From positions 73,656,001-73,720,000 of the forward strand of contig OZ024740.1 of assembly GCA_964016885.1 (NCBI GenBank): 64,000 bases of DNA, in the 5' to 3' direction. Below the pieces are notes generated by a model that did not search any database, was not told the origin of the DNA, and saw only the letters and a program-made list of their open reading frames with translations. Below are positions 62,886 through 64,000 of the stretch, piece after piece. The translations under genes and the position numbers were made by a program. The DNA is from Eledone cirrhosa. Its lineage: Eukaryota. The first letter of the stretch is position 1, and the number at the start of each line of letters is the position of its first letter.

Positions 62886-63307
62886 AAAAAACATTTTTTA
62901 ACTGTTTAATATTTAATAAGATTGTATTACCAATTAAAATGCAATTTAATGCAACATTTATAAAATTAATTATTTTGTCGGATTAAAGAAAAAAATAATC
63001 TTTAAATATACTTCTGTGCATTTGAACAAGAGGATTGGATAATATCCATGAGCTTGGCTGGTCTTGCTTGGGGATCCAGCTGGATCAGTTTGCAACAGAT
63101 GCTTCTGACAGGACCCACTGGAATAAGTGGGTGAAGAAGACTTTTAAAATCTTCCCACCGAAGTTAACAAAGAACTTACTAGATCTACCAAATCATAATA
63201 TTATCAAATTAAATCAAATTGTTTAGAACTACAAGTGAAGTCATTCTTTTCCTTTTTTTAAATATACCTAACTTTACCAACGATTTCACACATTTTCCAA
63301 TATATAT

Positions 63308-63776
63308 ATCATCATCATCATCAACGTTTAACGTCCGTGTTCCACGCTTGCATGGGTTTGGACGGGGGTATTCCCACTTGAGGCAAGAGTGATTGTCTTG
63401 CTCGCATAGGACTGTCTGGCAGGTTTTCTACAGTTGGATGCCCTTCCTAACACCAACCACATTTACAGTGTGGGTCTGGGAGGTTTTTACCGTGTTGCCT
63501 ACACGGCCACATTACAGCGTGGACTGTGTGTTTTTTTGTCGTGACACCTACACGATCTCATTTGTTTCGGCCTGGATGGTGTGGCACCAACATAACTTTA
63601 CATAGAAGGGGGCGGTGTGGATGGGGGGGGGGGGTGTATTTTGTTAGAGATGCCTACTGACTGTAGTAGGTTTTACTTTGTATTTAGGTAAGGCGGGTCT
63701 TCTCTATTACTGAGTACCGCCAAAGGTCTCGGTCCAGTGACATTGTCTTGGTGAGGTGTAAGTGTGTGAGGTCGGA

Positions 63777-63778
<2 letters not shown>
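63308..63778 (-). mobile_element. RTE LINE 3' fragment inserted in (TA)n
   Basis: Near-identical to 36276-36760; flanked by TA repeats. Confidence 0.9.
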
Positions 63779-63843
<65 letters not shown>

Positions 63844-64000
63844 GAAAGGTATAGAAAGTATTGTAGCAAGAAGCCAACAGTATTCCATAATATATAAGTG
63901 ACTATAGCGTCAAAATGTGAAAATAGTTAACGTAAGATGTGGGAAAAATAATTCAAACTCAATTCAAAAAGAATCAGGATATAGATTTATCCAACAGAAG

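Overview
AT-rich, repeat-dense animal genomic DNA. The (TA)n tracts, RTE LINEs with (GAT)n tails and tRNA-derived SINEs suggest a cephalopod such as Octopus (inference only). One host gene is present on the minus strand: an IRSp53/BAIAP2-family adaptor (I-BAR/IMD + SH3 + Pro-rich tail). I reconstructed 13 phase-compatible coding exons by hand from 62129 to 20122, plus a candidate microexon and alternative terminal exons; the first exons lie beyond the window. The rest is mostly mobile DNA: one intact RTE-clade ORF (APE endonuclease + RT + an inserted C4HC3 PHD-like finger), many truncated or deleted RTE copies, Penelope-like GIY-YIG remnants, R4-like, CR1 and mariner fossils, a non-autonomous Helitron, piggyBac-like MITEs and SINEs. 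There is a 200-N assembly gap. The most notable feature is a complete type I hammerhead ribozyme (61582-61660, sense to the host pre-mRNA, about 380 nt into an intron) in the loop of a ~350 bp foldback element. A decayed example of the same architecture lies at 4573-4877. All coordinates were read by eye, and repeat boundaries are approximate.
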